Of a DNA stretch of 64,000 bases, positions 27,771-37,279 are shown one piece after another. The first letter of the stretch is position 1. Each line of letters begins with the position of its first letter. The notes under the pieces were generated by a model. The model saw only the letters and a list, made by a program, of their open reading frames with translations. It had not been told where the DNA came from and did not search any database. The translations under genes were made by a program, and so were the position numbers. This DNA comes from Promethearchaeota archaeon. Lineage in GTDB: Archaea; Asgardarchaeota; Hermodarchaeia; Hermodarchaeales; Hermodarchaeaceae. The DNA lies in the NCBI GenBank assembly GCA_048939595.1, contig JBHLPI010000003.1, positions 2,366-66,365 on the forward strand, read 5' to 3'.

Positions 27771-28562
27771 ATGATGCAACAGACGTTCCCCACTCTGACT
27801 GATTTGATCGTTCTAGCCATTGCGTTCATATGGGTTATTGGTGTTCTGGGTGTGGGAGAAAGCTTACGAAGATGGCGTAAATACCCTCCTGCAATGACAC
27901 GAAAATTCATTCATCTTTTTGCGGGATTTTCTGTGTTTACAGTTCCCTTTTACACACATGCGTGGGCGGCTATCATCGTGGCAGTTTCTTTTGTAATTCT
28001 TATTTTTCTTGCATCCCCAAAAAGCCCAATTAAGAGTCTTAAAACCATGTTCGAGGTAATGGCGCGTGAAGAGGATTACCTTTCAGGTCATATTTGGGGA
28101 CCTTTTCTTTATGCAATTTCAATAACGATTCTAGTGGCTATTTTCACACTCATTCCTACATTGACTCCTTTATTCGTCCTTGCTGCAATGGCTCTAACTG
28201 CCATGTATCTTGGAGATGGAATTGCCCCCATAATAGGAATGAAGTTTGGCAAACATAAGTATACGATTGGTAAATCCACTCGAAGTGTTGAGGGATCCAT
28301 TGCAGTATTTATTGCATCATTCTTTGGTGCGTGGGTTTGTTGGATCTTTCTAGACTACTTTGCCACGGGTGGTTTCCCAATTTTTAACATCTTCCAGATA
28401 CTCAGTTTAAGCTTCATCTGTGCCTTGTCCGCAACGATAGTTGAAGGTGTTAGTCCCGCTGGTGCCGATAATATTACGGTTCCGCTTCTAACTGCAGTAT
28501 TTGTCTTTGCTTGGATTTTGCTGATTTATCCACCAATTATTTCAATCATTTTGTTTTCATAA
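27771..28562 (+). CDS. dolichol/polyprenol kinase-like CTP-dependent membrane enzyme (CTP_transf_1 family)
   Basis: Polytopic membrane protein with RKFIHLFAG and YLGDGIAPIIG..FGKHKY...KSTRSVEGSIAVF motifs. Confidence 0.6.
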   Translation: MMQQTFPTLTDLIVLAIAFIWVIGVLGVGESLRRWRKYPPAMTRKFIHLFAGFSVFTVPFYTHAWAAIIVAVSFVILIFLASPKSPIKSLKTMFEVMAREEDYLSGHIWGPFLYAISITILVAIFTLIPTLTPLFVLAAMALTAMYLGDGIAPIIGMKFGKHKYTIGKSTRSVEGSIAVFIASFFGAWVCWIFLDYFATGGFPIFNIFQILSLSFICALSATIVEGVSPAGADNITVPLLTAVFVFAWILLIYPPIISIILFS

Positions 28563-29124
28563 TTGTTAAGGCGTGAAAAGCTAATTCCTGTGTGAATTGC
28601 CTAGCCCGCTCCATTGACGATTTATAAGGCTCCGTCGTTCCATATCGTTGAGTTAGTCTCGAAAATCGTTTATTGACTTTATTTAGCCAATCTTGGGGTT
28701 GGTTTATTCCTTCCCAATCGTAAACTCCTAGTTTATCAGCAACGCAAACGATTTTTTCTTCCCATGATTGGGGAATAGAATCACGTTTTGGCAATCCCAA
28801 TGATTCTGCTTCAAATTTTGTAAAACCACCTAAAACGTGTCTTTCAACAATCATTCTAATATCATTAGGATATTGATGTTTGAGTAATAACCGTCCTCCA
28901 ACGTATCCGTGTGTCACGTCATGGCTTTTGGCTCGACCGATATCATGTAGCAGCCCACCAAGTTCTACAAGGCGCGTATCACATCGGATTTTTGCAGCTA
29001 TCATAGAAGCAATTTGAACAGCCTTAACTCGAGTCGCCTCAGAATGTCTGAGTATCTGAGGGGCAGAAATAACTGTATAAAGCAGCTTCCGGGCATCAGC
29101 AAGAGGGGGAATAACAGTTGACAT
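28546..29124 (-). CDS. HD/HDIG-domain metal-dependent phosphohydrolase
   Basis: GGLLHDIGRAKSHDVTHG motif; 192 aa. Confidence 0.7.
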   Translation of the reverse strand: MSTVIPPLADARKLLYTVISAPQILRHSEATRVKAVQIASMIAAKIRCDTRLVELGGLLHDIGRAKSHDVTHGYVGGRLLLKHQYPNDIRMIVERHVLGGFTKFEAESLGLPKRDSIPQSWEEKIVCVADKLGVYDWEGINQPQDWLNKVNKRFSRLTQRYGTTEPYKSSMERARQFTQELAFHALTIMKTK

Positions 29125-29208
29125 TGGTTGCGTTTATAGAGTGTTACCATGATTTAATTTTAGACACTTACTAGTTAACTTGTGCAAATGTAAAAGGGGC
29201 CATCTTCT

Positions 29209-30381
29209 ATGAAATCGATTAAGGAGCTTTGGGCGCTCGATGAGGCGATTCAGAGGATAGCAGATCAGATTCAGATTATTGAAGAAAAAAGAAATTCTTT
29301 TGCATCGATATTACGAGAGGAACGTCTGCATTTGAATCTGCATGAGAATATTCCCATAGCTAAAAAGTATCTATTTGATGATCGACTCGCACACGTCATA
29401 AAACCGATTGATCTTACTGGACTACGCGTAGGGGGAGTTGATGGAGGACTCCTTAAGAAGACTCTCCGAGGGATTGAACTTGTAATTACTCGTGCTTGCG
29501 CTACAATTTTTGAGTTTACACCATCAAATCGTGTCTCAGTGATTTATTTTCCTGAGAAATCCACTTTACCAACCGTCAAAGCAGAATTGAATCCTATCTC
29601 TTGGCGAGAAGCTGATGTAAATGCTTCTCTTGAAAGACTTAGAGCTGAACTTGAACTAGCGATCCGAGTTCAAGACCATCATCCGGTAGAACTCCTTTTG
29701 TTAGATGGGTCACTAAGGCCACATATCAGTGATCGGCCGTCAAATCAATCGGTGTTTTCAGCAAAGTATGAACGAATTGCAGCACTTTTTGATGAGCTTT
29801 ATGAAAAAACTCGTGAAACTGGAACTTTGCTAGCGGGAGTTGTGAAAGATAGTCGAAGCCAACGATTCATTAAGATACTCGGTGAGATTCTCCCACACTT
29901 AATAAAACAGCATGATGGCCTGAAATCCTTGTTACGGATGGACTACCGATCAATATTACGAACCAGTTATGATACGGATTTATTTTTCCGAATACTTGAG
30001 GTTGGTGAGCGATCACCAATAATTCGATTAAATGAATTAAATCTCGATGACTCGTCGCTGGTAGATGCTGAGCATGCCCCAAATAACAGGAATCTTGTTT
30101 GTATTTATCTGCGAACTGCACAATTTGATTATCCTCTAAGAATTGAGATTTTTACTGGTTCTTTCGACCCCGCGCGGATTGTTGAAAAAGTAAGCGCAAT
30201 GCTCTTCCCCATGTCCTCTAACAATGAGGGATTTGCTCTTCCTACTGTGTTAATTGACGCGGATTCACAGGCACGGCTAATTGAACACGATCTTGACTTT
30301 TTATTTACGCAATTAGCAAATCGCATAGGTTATCCTCAGAGCATACTAAAACTCCGCCGGGAAAGGATGCCGTTTCATTAA
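29209..30381 (+). CDS. nurA: NurA-type nuclease
   Basis: VGGVDGG ... LLLDGSLRP acidic motifs of the NurA domain; sits immediately upstream of herA. Confidence 0.7.
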   Translation: MKSIKELWALDEAIQRIADQIQIIEEKRNSFASILREERLHLNLHENIPIAKKYLFDDRLAHVIKPIDLTGLRVGGVDGGLLKKTLRGIELVITRACATIFEFTPSNRVSVIYFPEKSTLPTVKAELNPISWREADVNASLERLRAELELAIRVQDHHPVELLLLDGSLRPHISDRPSNQSVFSAKYERIAALFDELYEKTRETGTLLAGVVKDSRSQRFIKILGEILPHLIKQHDGLKSLLRMDYRSILRTSYDTDLFFRILEVGERSPIIRLNELNLDDSSLVDAEHAPNNRNLVCIYLRTAQFDYPLRIEIFTGSFDPARIVEKVSAMLFPMSSNNEGFALPTVLIDADSQARLIEHDLDFLFTQLANRIGYPQSILKLRRERMPFH

Positions 30382-30398
30382 GATGAGGTGAAAACCGA

Positions 30399-31931
30399 AT
30401 GACCCAAGAAACCCTTGGAACTGTTGTCTGCACCGAAGATGGCCCATCGACCGAAAAAATATCCTTTGTTATCGGGAAACGCGATGAACTTGATAATGAA
30501 AGCAAGATTCCCGTTCATGTGGGGCAGTATGTTTCTGTTGAAACTGAAGAGGGAAGGGTAATTGCCCATGTCGAACAGGTTTTCAAGACAAATCGCTATT
30601 TCTCACAAGTTGATGCCGTGCACGAATTCACACGTCAAGGAAAGCCCTTTGGCGCAATCTTTCCTATCGACCGCTGGGAATATGTATTAGCACAAGCTAG
30701 ACCCTTGGGGATTTTTGATAAGGGACGGATTCAACGAATTACCTACCCACCGTCACCAGGAGCACTTGTTTCTTCACCAGACTCGAAACTGCTATCAGAG
30801 TTCTTGGGATTTTCAAAGGATGGGCTTCATTTAGGTAAGTTACTTTTCCATAATGTTCCTGCTACATTTAATTTAACGAAATTATTTCAGAAACACGTTG
30901 CGCTCTTGGCTATGAGCGGCGCAGGAAAAAGTTATGCTGCTGCTGTTATGCTTGAAGAGCTCTTTTCCAGAAAAGCCAGCCAAGGACGTCCAGCTGTTTT
31001 AGTTATTGATGTTCATGGAGAATATACTGGATTAGCTGACTCTCCGGAGATGAGAGAAAAAGATGCTAAGGATCGATTAGTAGTTATTCGGAGCCCGTTA
31101 GTTGAACTCGCCACACCGACGATGGGCGCGAAGGCCTTTGCGACTTATTCTCCGGATATGGGTACAATCCAAGTTCGAGAATTAACAAGAGTAATTCGAA
31201 GCTTGCGTACCATTCGAAAAGGACAACCCTATGATTTAGGGGATTTAATCACAGCCCTAGAAAAAGATCCCTCAATTAACACTCGTACAAGAGAAGCACT
31301 CCTTGGATGGTTGGATAACCTGCAAAATCTCAATCTCTTCGGAAAGACTTCAACACCTGAATGGAAGAAGCTAATGAAACCGGGTCATGGAGTTATCCTT
31401 GACTTGAGTGAGACCGTCAGCCTGCAAAAGAAACAGATTATCGTCGATGCTATTCTTCGACATTTATTTGACTTACGACGAGATGAAGAAATTCCGCCTA
31501 CAATTGTATTTCTTGAAGAAAGCCATCAATTCTGCCCGGAAGCGCGACGTGCTCTAGCCTTTTCAAAAGGAATTCTCGAAACTATTGCTCGGGAAGGCCG
31601 GAAATACAATCTCTCGTTGTGTGTAATTTCTCAACGCCCTGTTCGACTCTCAACAACGGTTTTGTCACAATGTGGTTCGAACATTTTTCTTCGTATAACC
31701 AACCCCTATGATCTGGACCATATTAGAGCCACTTCAGAAAAGATTACAAAAGCGACTCTAACATCAATTTCGAGTCTCAGTGTAGGCGAAGCCTTAGTAG
31801 TAGGTCAAGCGACCCGATACCCTGTCTTTATTCAAGTCCGTGAACGGAAAACGAAAGAGACTGCTTTCGGTGAAGATTTCGAAACAGTGGCTAAGAAATT
31901 TGAACAGAAGGGAAAAGGCAAAGTCAAATAA
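30399..31931 (+). CDS. herA: HerA-type hexameric ATPase/helicase
   Basis: HVALLAMSGAGKSY Walker A, VFLEESHQF Walker B region, CVISQRP motif; 510 aa. Confidence 0.85.
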   Translation: MTQETLGTVVCTEDGPSTEKISFVIGKRDELDNESKIPVHVGQYVSVETEEGRVIAHVEQVFKTNRYFSQVDAVHEFTRQGKPFGAIFPIDRWEYVLAQARPLGIFDKGRIQRITYPPSPGALVSSPDSKLLSEFLGFSKDGLHLGKLLFHNVPATFNLTKLFQKHVALLAMSGAGKSYAAAVMLEELFSRKASQGRPAVLVIDVHGEYTGLADSPEMREKDAKDRLVVIRSPLVELATPTMGAKAFATYSPDMGTIQVRELTRVIRSLRTIRKGQPYDLGDLITALEKDPSINTRTREALLGWLDNLQNLNLFGKTSTPEWKKLMKPGHGVILDLSETVSLQKKQIIVDAILRHLFDLRRDEEIPPTIVFLEESHQFCPEARRALAFSKGILETIAREGRKYNLSLCVISQRPVRLSTTVLSQCGSNIFLRITNPYDLDHIRATSEKITKATLTSISSLSVGEALVVGQATRYPVFIQVRERKTKETAFGEDFETVAKKFEQKGKGKVK

Positions 31932-31973
31932 GAGTGGTGGGCACGGCGGGATTCAAACCCGCGACCTCCGGCT

Positions 31974-32011
31974 AACCTAGGCTTCGCAAACGAATGTTCG
32001 GAGCGACTCCA
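31974..32011 (-). other. tRNA intron 2 (canonical position 37/38, 38 nt)
   Basis: The outer helix is the anticodon stem. The central helix is CUUA/UAGG, flanked by 3-nt bulges UA|U and UU|A. The inner helix starts GG/CC. Confidence 0.65.
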
Positions 32012-32019
32012 TATAAGGC

Positions 32020-32050
32020 ATACACACTCCACGCGTCAAGCGTGGTAGTT
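32020..32050 (-). other. tRNA intron 1 (non-canonical position 29/30, 31 nt)
   Basis: A 4-bp central helix (GCGC paired with GUGU, two G-C and two G-U) is flanked by 3-nt bulges CG|A and AU|G. The inner helix is ACU(A)CCACGC / GCGUGGAGU. Confidence 0.6.
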
Positions 32051-32127
32051 CGGCGCTCCATCAGGCTAAGCCACGTGCCCTTAAGGAATTTGAGATAATT
32101 AACTGTGGCTTAAATGTGTTGGCACAC

Positions 32128-35106
32128 CTACTCATCTTGCACACGAAATGCAAAAAGAATTCTGTCATCCTCAAATTTGAGTGTGCCTTGACCTTTTCCT
32201 TTTATGCTTGGCAGCTCATCTTTAATTTCGAACGTTGTTGCGCCTACTTTTGAGGCAATTGAATCACTAGTACTTTTGATTGCTCTTTGTAATTCTGTTG
32301 ACTTAGTCGCTACTAGAAGATGAATGCGTTGTGTAACATGCAACCCCTCTTTTTTCCGAGTTGATTGGATTTGTCGAATTAAATCCCTTGCAAGACGCTC
32401 TGCTTTGATTTCCGGAGTTACAGAAATATCAAGATACACTGTGGCAAATGGAAGTTCCTTCTTCAGTAAAGAAGCGCCAGTAACTTTTTTCTGGATTTCA
32501 ACAGTTTTAACATTAGTTTGGCTTGCAACAACATTATCAAAATGATCTAGCTGAAATTCTTTCTTGGAGGGCACAATAACTAACCGTTGGCATGGCCAAC
32601 GGAGTTTTATTCCTGCTTCTTGTCGGGCATACTGAACTGCTTCAACAATTTCAGAAACCCATTCCATTTCTTGACTTAACTGTTCATTTATTAGCTTCTC
32701 ATCTACAATTGGCCAAGAAAGCATGTGAACACTTAGAGGGGCATCTGGCTCAACAGAACGAATTAGTGATTGATACATTTTTTCTGTCAGAAATGGTAAA
32801 ACCGGAGCTAACACAGCAAGGAGAGCTCGCAGGACCTGGTAGAGTGTATTAAACGCAGCTGTTTTGGTTTCATCTTGCGAGCTAACCCAAGTTCGTGGGC
32901 GTATGAGTTTGATATACCATCGACTCAAATCTTGCACAATGAAATCTTCCATGAGTCGGGGGACATATGGCAGCTCATATTTCTCAAGTCGGGTTGTTAC
33001 TTGCTGAATAAGCAAATTTAGTTGGGAAAGAATCCATCGATCTTCGTTTTGTAAATCCTTCAGATTCAGTGGGCGGGATATTGGGCTGTAATTTGCTGCT
33101 TTCATGAATGTGGTTGCGAAAACGTAGACATTCCATAGAATCGATAAGCTTCGTCGTGTATCTTCGATATCTTTCCAAAGAAAATGCATATCTTCTCCTG
33201 GACCAGTACTTTTGATGCTGTAAAGACGAAGAGTTTCTGCTCCAACTTTTTCAACAATTTCTTCAGGGAGCGCTCCAATACCCTTCGATTTGGACATGGG
33301 TCTCCCTTGTTCGTCGGTTGTAAACCCATGCATATACACGTTTTTGTAAGGTGGTCGGTTTGCTACTAGCATTGTTGAATTGAAGAGCGTGTTGAACCAA
33401 TTACTGATTTGATCTTTGCCTTCGATCACAAATTCTGCAGTCTCCCAGTTATCAAAGTCTTTCGTACCATAGGTTGCCCAACGCGTCGCCCAAGGCGCAA
33501 CACCGCTGTCTAACCATACATCAAGAACATCTCGAACTCTTGACATTGTGCCTTTACATTTCGTACAAGTCCAAGTTAACTCATCGACCCAGGGCCGATG
33601 TAGGTTATCCAGCGTTTTATTGGTCTTTTTCGTTAATTCATCTGCGCTACCAATAACCTCTAAGTTGTCGCATTTATCACAGGCCCAGATAGGTAAGGGT
33701 GCACCCCAATAGCGTTGACGAGAAATACACCAATCCCGTAGATTCTGAACCCAATTGCGAAACCAAGTATGGCCAGCCCAATCAGGAACCCATTGGACAG
33801 CCTCGTTCTCTTTGATGATATCATCGCGAAGATCACTAACACGAAGAAACCACTGGTCCGTCGCAAGGTAGACTAGCGGGCTGTGGCATCGCCAGCAATA
33901 GGCATATTCGTGTTCAATTGTTCCCTGATAAACTAAGAGATTCTTACGTCTTAGATCATCAAGAATAACTTCGTTAGCTTTCTGAATCTTCATACCGGCA
34001 TATTTTCCACCTTCATCGGAGAAAGTGCCAGAGAAAGTTACAGGACAAAAAATCGGTATTCCCTCCTTTTCTCCGACTTCGAAGTCTTGGGGGCCGTGCC
34101 CGGGAGCCATGTGAACAAGACCAGTTCCTTGCTCCAATGTTACATATTCATCGCTTAACACAATAGAATGGACTTTCTCTGATTCTTGATGGAATTCAGC
34201 CTGTCGAGGGATTTCCTCTTCCAACGGATGTTTATAACGGAGTCCCTCAAGCTTTGTACCCTTCAACACTTCGAGAATTTCATAATCCTTGCCCAGTAGT
34301 CCCTGAAGAATGATATTCGCTAGGCCTTTAGCCAGCAGCCATATTTCCTCATCAACTCGAACACGAACATAGTCGAATTCTGGATTTACCATTACTCCCA
34401 TATTGGCAGGAATAGTCCAAGGTGTTGTTGTCCAGATGACAATATACTCATTTTTTCGACCAACTATGGGGAACTTAACCCAAATCGAATAATCTTCTAT
34501 GGTGTGGTATTCATGCTCGCGTTTTGCTAGGGCTGTTTCACAACGAATACAACAGTCAATTGATCGTAGTCCGCGATATAAGAAACCCTGCTCATGAGCT
34601 TTTTTCATTAGAAACCAAGTACCTTCTATGTAGGGATTATCGATTGTACGATAAGGATGATTCCAGTCCATCCAGACACCCAATCGTTTGAATTGCGCGG
34701 TCATCCGGTTTAGATTCGAAAGGGCAAAATCCTGACACCGCTGAATGAATTTATCGACACCGATGGTTGTTTCAATATCTAACTTTGATTTCACACCGAG
34801 TTCTTTCTCAACATGAACTTCAATTGGTAAACCGTGCATGTCAAATCCGGGTGTATCAACGACCCGAAACCCTTTCATGCGTTTAAATCGTAGAACAAGG
34901 TCTTTCATAATCTTGTTCCAAGCTGTTCCGAGATGAATTGCACCTGTTGTATATGGTGGACCATCTAGAAACTGGAAAACGGCTTGATCACGAAGCTGAT
35001 CTGTGAGTTTAGCATATACCTGATTCTTCTCCCAGAATTGAAGTATTTCCTCTTCAAGAGAGAGCAGATCAAATTTCTTTGGAAGTTCTGTAACTGGCAT
35101 TGTCAA
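32128..35106 (-). CDS. ileS: isoleucyl-tRNA synthetase
   Basis: HIGH-class motif PYTTGAIHLGTAWNKIMKD, DWCISRQRYWGAPLPIW, PMSKSKG (KMSKS); 992 aa. Confidence 0.95.
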   Translation of the reverse strand: MTMPVTELPKKFDLLSLEEEILQFWEKNQVYAKLTDQLRDQAVFQFLDGPPYTTGAIHLGTAWNKIMKDLVLRFKRMKGFRVVDTPGFDMHGLPIEVHVEKELGVKSKLDIETTIGVDKFIQRCQDFALSNLNRMTAQFKRLGVWMDWNHPYRTIDNPYIEGTWFLMKKAHEQGFLYRGLRSIDCCIRCETALAKREHEYHTIEDYSIWVKFPIVGRKNEYIVIWTTTPWTIPANMGVMVNPEFDYVRVRVDEEIWLLAKGLANIILQGLLGKDYEILEVLKGTKLEGLRYKHPLEEEIPRQAEFHQESEKVHSIVLSDEYVTLEQGTGLVHMAPGHGPQDFEVGEKEGIPIFCPVTFSGTFSDEGGKYAGMKIQKANEVILDDLRRKNLLVYQGTIEHEYAYCWRCHSPLVYLATDQWFLRVSDLRDDIIKENEAVQWVPDWAGHTWFRNWVQNLRDWCISRQRYWGAPLPIWACDKCDNLEVIGSADELTKKTNKTLDNLHRPWVDELTWTCTKCKGTMSRVRDVLDVWLDSGVAPWATRWATYGTKDFDNWETAEFVIEGKDQISNWFNTLFNSTMLVANRPPYKNVYMHGFTTDEQGRPMSKSKGIGALPEEIVEKVGAETLRLYSIKSTGPGEDMHFLWKDIEDTRRSLSILWNVYVFATTFMKAANYSPISRPLNLKDLQNEDRWILSQLNLLIQQVTTRLEKYELPYVPRLMEDFIVQDLSRWYIKLIRPRTWVSSQDETKTAAFNTLYQVLRALLAVLAPVLPFLTEKMYQSLIRSVEPDAPLSVHMLSWPIVDEKLINEQLSQEMEWVSEIVEAVQYARQEAGIKLRWPCQRLVIVPSKKEFQLDHFDNVVASQTNVKTVEIQKKVTGASLLKKELPFATVYLDISVTPEIKAERLARDLIRQIQSTRKKEGLHVTQRIHLLVATKSTELQRAIKSTSDSIASKVGATTFEIKDELPSIKGKGQGTLKFEDDRILFAFRVQDE

Positions 35107-35271
35107 CCTGTGCTCCGATAAGTTCCTAGCGTACGCCTACCAGCCTTCAGCTGCATAAAAATCATTGGGCGAAATTAATTACCCACCCCTAAAAGCCCAT
35201 GATGAACGAAACCAATATATGCTTACAAACGTAAGTCAGACAAACCGAGCTCTCGCTAGGAGCAAGGTTAA

Positions 35272-35787
35272 ATGAGTATGCAACAACGCCAGTATGTTCT
35301 CAAAGTCTGTGTCGTCGGTGATGGTGCTGTAGGAAAAACCAGCCTTATCATCCGCTATACCGAAGGTCACTTTCGAGAATCTTACATCATGACAGTTGGA
35401 ACATCTTTCGCAGTGAAGGAGTTAACTTTTGGTGACACTTTGGTCCGTTTACAACTTTGGGATCTGGCGGGGCAACCACATTTTAGTTCGGTTCGTCCAG
35501 TTTTTTATCGTGGGGCTGCAGGTATTATTTTGGTATATGATGTAACGCGTCGTTCGACATTTGATGCGATTCCGGCATGGTATACTGAGGTTTCACAGGT
35601 TACCGGGAATGTGCCAACTGTGCTGCTGGCGAACAAAGTGGATTTGGTAGACCAAAGCCAAACAACAACAGAGGAAGGTATGGCATACGCTCAACAACTT
35701 GGGTGGGGGTACTTTGAGACTAGTGCGAAGGAAGGTAAAGGTGTTACCGATGCCTTTCGGCAAATCGCCTGGTCATGTATTAGCTAG
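35272..35787 (+). CDS. Rab/Ras-like small GTPase
   Basis: G1 GDGAVGKTS, switch I YIMTVG, G3 WDLAGQ, G4 NKVD, G5 ETSAKEG; 171 aa. Confidence 0.85.
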   Translation: MSMQQRQYVLKVCVVGDGAVGKTSLIIRYTEGHFRESYIMTVGTSFAVKELTFGDTLVRLQLWDLAGQPHFSSVRPVFYRGAAGIILVYDVTRRSTFDAIPAWYTEVSQVTGNVPTVLLANKVDLVDQSQTTTEEGMAYAQQLGWGYFETSAKEGKGVTDAFRQIAWSCIS

Positions 35788-36620
35788 CCTTCGTCTGATT
35801 CCGAATTCATTATGAAATCAGTTAATTTGTGTGAGCTAGTCTGATGCAGATAGATTGCGCATTGTTGTGGTTCAATTTTGCGATATTCCAGACCAAGTTG
35901 TTCTAGGAGTGCAAAAGTGCCTTTAGTAAGACTTGGAGCGACAAGTATTCCTCGGATGCCTGCATTTTCTTCTCCCTGAAAGCTTTTGAGATAACCATGA
36001 AGTTGGTGCACTGCTTCGCTATCTGCTCGTCGGCGCTTTACCTCGATTATCACTAAATGTTCATCACTATCGCGAGCAAATATGTCAATGAACCCAGGCG
36101 CGACTTGTCGTTCCCGAACAATGGTTCGGAGACCAGGCTCAATGAGTTCAGGGTGGGCACTAAGAACCTTTTGCATTTCGTCTTCAGTTAGATACATGGT
36201 GAATTCACCAGGATCATCTAGCAGGCTAGCGCTAAGCATTGTGAGAGAGGAAAATTCAATACGAACAGTTTCACGGGGTTTAGCACGATTAGCATAAAGA
36301 ATGAGTGTATCTTCCTCGCAGGTGACTTTCATTGTTGCGCCAGGTGGCTGCCAATTCAATGGTTCTACCCCACTTTCCTTATGAACTAGTATCGTACCAT
36401 CTCGTTTTAAGAGAACGAGACGTTCTCCTTCAGTGAGAATTGAACGGGCTCGTCCCTGATACTCAACAAAACAGACGCCAATAATTTGTATGAAACGTTT
36501 TTGCGAAATAGCATCTTGGATTAGGATGCTGGCTTCTTCAAGAGATGGAGATTTGAGTAGCCATATCTTGTCATCAATAGAGAACTGGGGTTTAGACAAA
36601 TTCTTTCCCATCGAAGTCAT
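35784..36620 (-). CDS. nucS: endonuclease NucS/EndoMS
   Basis: N-terminal CFVEYQGRARS...KRDGTILVH...PLNWQP, and a C-terminal RecB-like GFIDIFARD...LVIIEVKRRRA...QLHGY. Confidence 0.8.
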   Translation of the reverse strand: MTSMGKNLSKPQFSIDDKIWLLKSPSLEEASILIQDAISQKRFIQIIGVCFVEYQGRARSILTEGERLVLLKRDGTILVHKESGVEPLNWQPPGATMKVTCEEDTLILYANRAKPRETVRIEFSSLTMLSASLLDDPGEFTMYLTEDEMQKVLSAHPELIEPGLRTIVRERQVAPGFIDIFARDSDEHLVIIEVKRRRADSEAVHQLHGYLKSFQGEENAGIRGILVAPSLTKGTFALLEQLGLEYRKIEPQQCAIYLHQTSSHKLTDFIMNSESDEG

Positions 36621-36660
36621 TCCATAATTCTAAATAAGTATTCACTCTAAGTAAGAGGTT

Positions 36661-37194
36661 GTGCGAAAAGTTCGATTGTATGACGAGTCGGCGCCTACTT
36701 ACCATAATCGGTATCTTCACATTCAAAGGCGAAAATATCAAGCAATCGTGCCATTTCTACAAGAAGGCCCAATTATCGATATAGGAGTGGGAACTGGAAT
36801 TGGATTGTCTACATTGTTAGATCTTTCTTTGGTTGTAGGTGTTGATGGGTCAATTGAAATGCTTGGATTGGCTGTTAAACGGGAGAATGAGTGGAAACAC
36901 CTTTCGTTTCTGGTGTGTTTTGTGTGTGCTGTTGCAGAAGCTCTGCCGTTTAGGGCAGGTTGTGTCCCCACTGTGATTAGTATTACAATGCTTCAAAATT
37001 TAGCAAATGTACGTTTGGGTCTTGGAGAGCTAATCCGGATTCTTCAAAAAGAGGGAAAGCTTGCAGTGACAAGCCTTTCGAGAATTCTGCCTCTGCAGAA
37101 AATTGAAGCTGGGCTTAAAGTGAACTATACTCTAGTTAAAAGATTTGAAAGCCTTGCAGAGGAGGATGATGGATTGCTTATACAGTTATCATGA
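36661..37194 (+). CDS. class I SAM-dependent methyltransferase
   Basis: Motif I IIDIGVGTGIG and a post-I acidic residue; 177 aa. Confidence 0.65.
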   Translation: MRKVRLYDESAPTYHNRYLHIQRRKYQAIVPFLQEGPIIDIGVGTGIGLSTLLDLSLVVGVDGSIEMLGLAVKRENEWKHLSFLVCFVCAVAEALPFRAGCVPTVISITMLQNLANVRLGLGELIRILQKEGKLAVTSLSRILPLQKIEAGLKVNYTLVKRFESLAEEDDGLLIQLS

Positions 37195-37279
37195 GTAAAA
37201 TCCTTTTTACTTTAATTGGCTGCCCATATGACCGTTATCTTTAAGTGGCATTCAACAATTAGCAGAACTACTCTCGAGG

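Larger units (their letters stand above)
31935..32080 (-). tRNA. tRNA-Ile (anticodon UAU) with two introns and encoded CCA
   Basis: Acceptor GGGCACG/CGUGCCC, D arm GCUU-AGCCUGAUG-GAGC and T arm GCGGG-UUUGAAU-CCCGC. The anticodon arm CCGGC-CUUAUAA-GCCGG forms only after removing 32020-32050 and 31974-32011, and both segments are flanked by bulge-helix-bulge motifs. The mature RNA is 77 nt including CCA. Confidence 0.7.

Noticed and set aside
32029-32045. A perfect 5-7-5 hairpin (CCACG-CUUGACG-CGUGG) inside the tRNA locus that could be read as an anticodon arm (UGA or GAC).
   Set aside because: Position 37 would be C, and the closing C:G pair makes it a 6-bp stem with a 5-nt loop. It is not adjacent to the D or variable regions. 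It fits instead as the inner helix of intron 1 in the two-intron tRNA-Ile(UAU) model.
35195-35250. ATGATGA (C-box-like) in the ileS/Rab intergenic region, which suggests a C/D box sRNA.
   Set aside because: There is no CUGA D box or C'/D' pair at appropriate spacing, and no terminal stem.
35776-35787. C-terminal ...SCIS of the Rab-like GTPase as a CAAX prenylation box.
   Set aside because: The cysteine is at position -3, not -4, and there is no CC/CXC motif. It is not a canonical lipidation signal.
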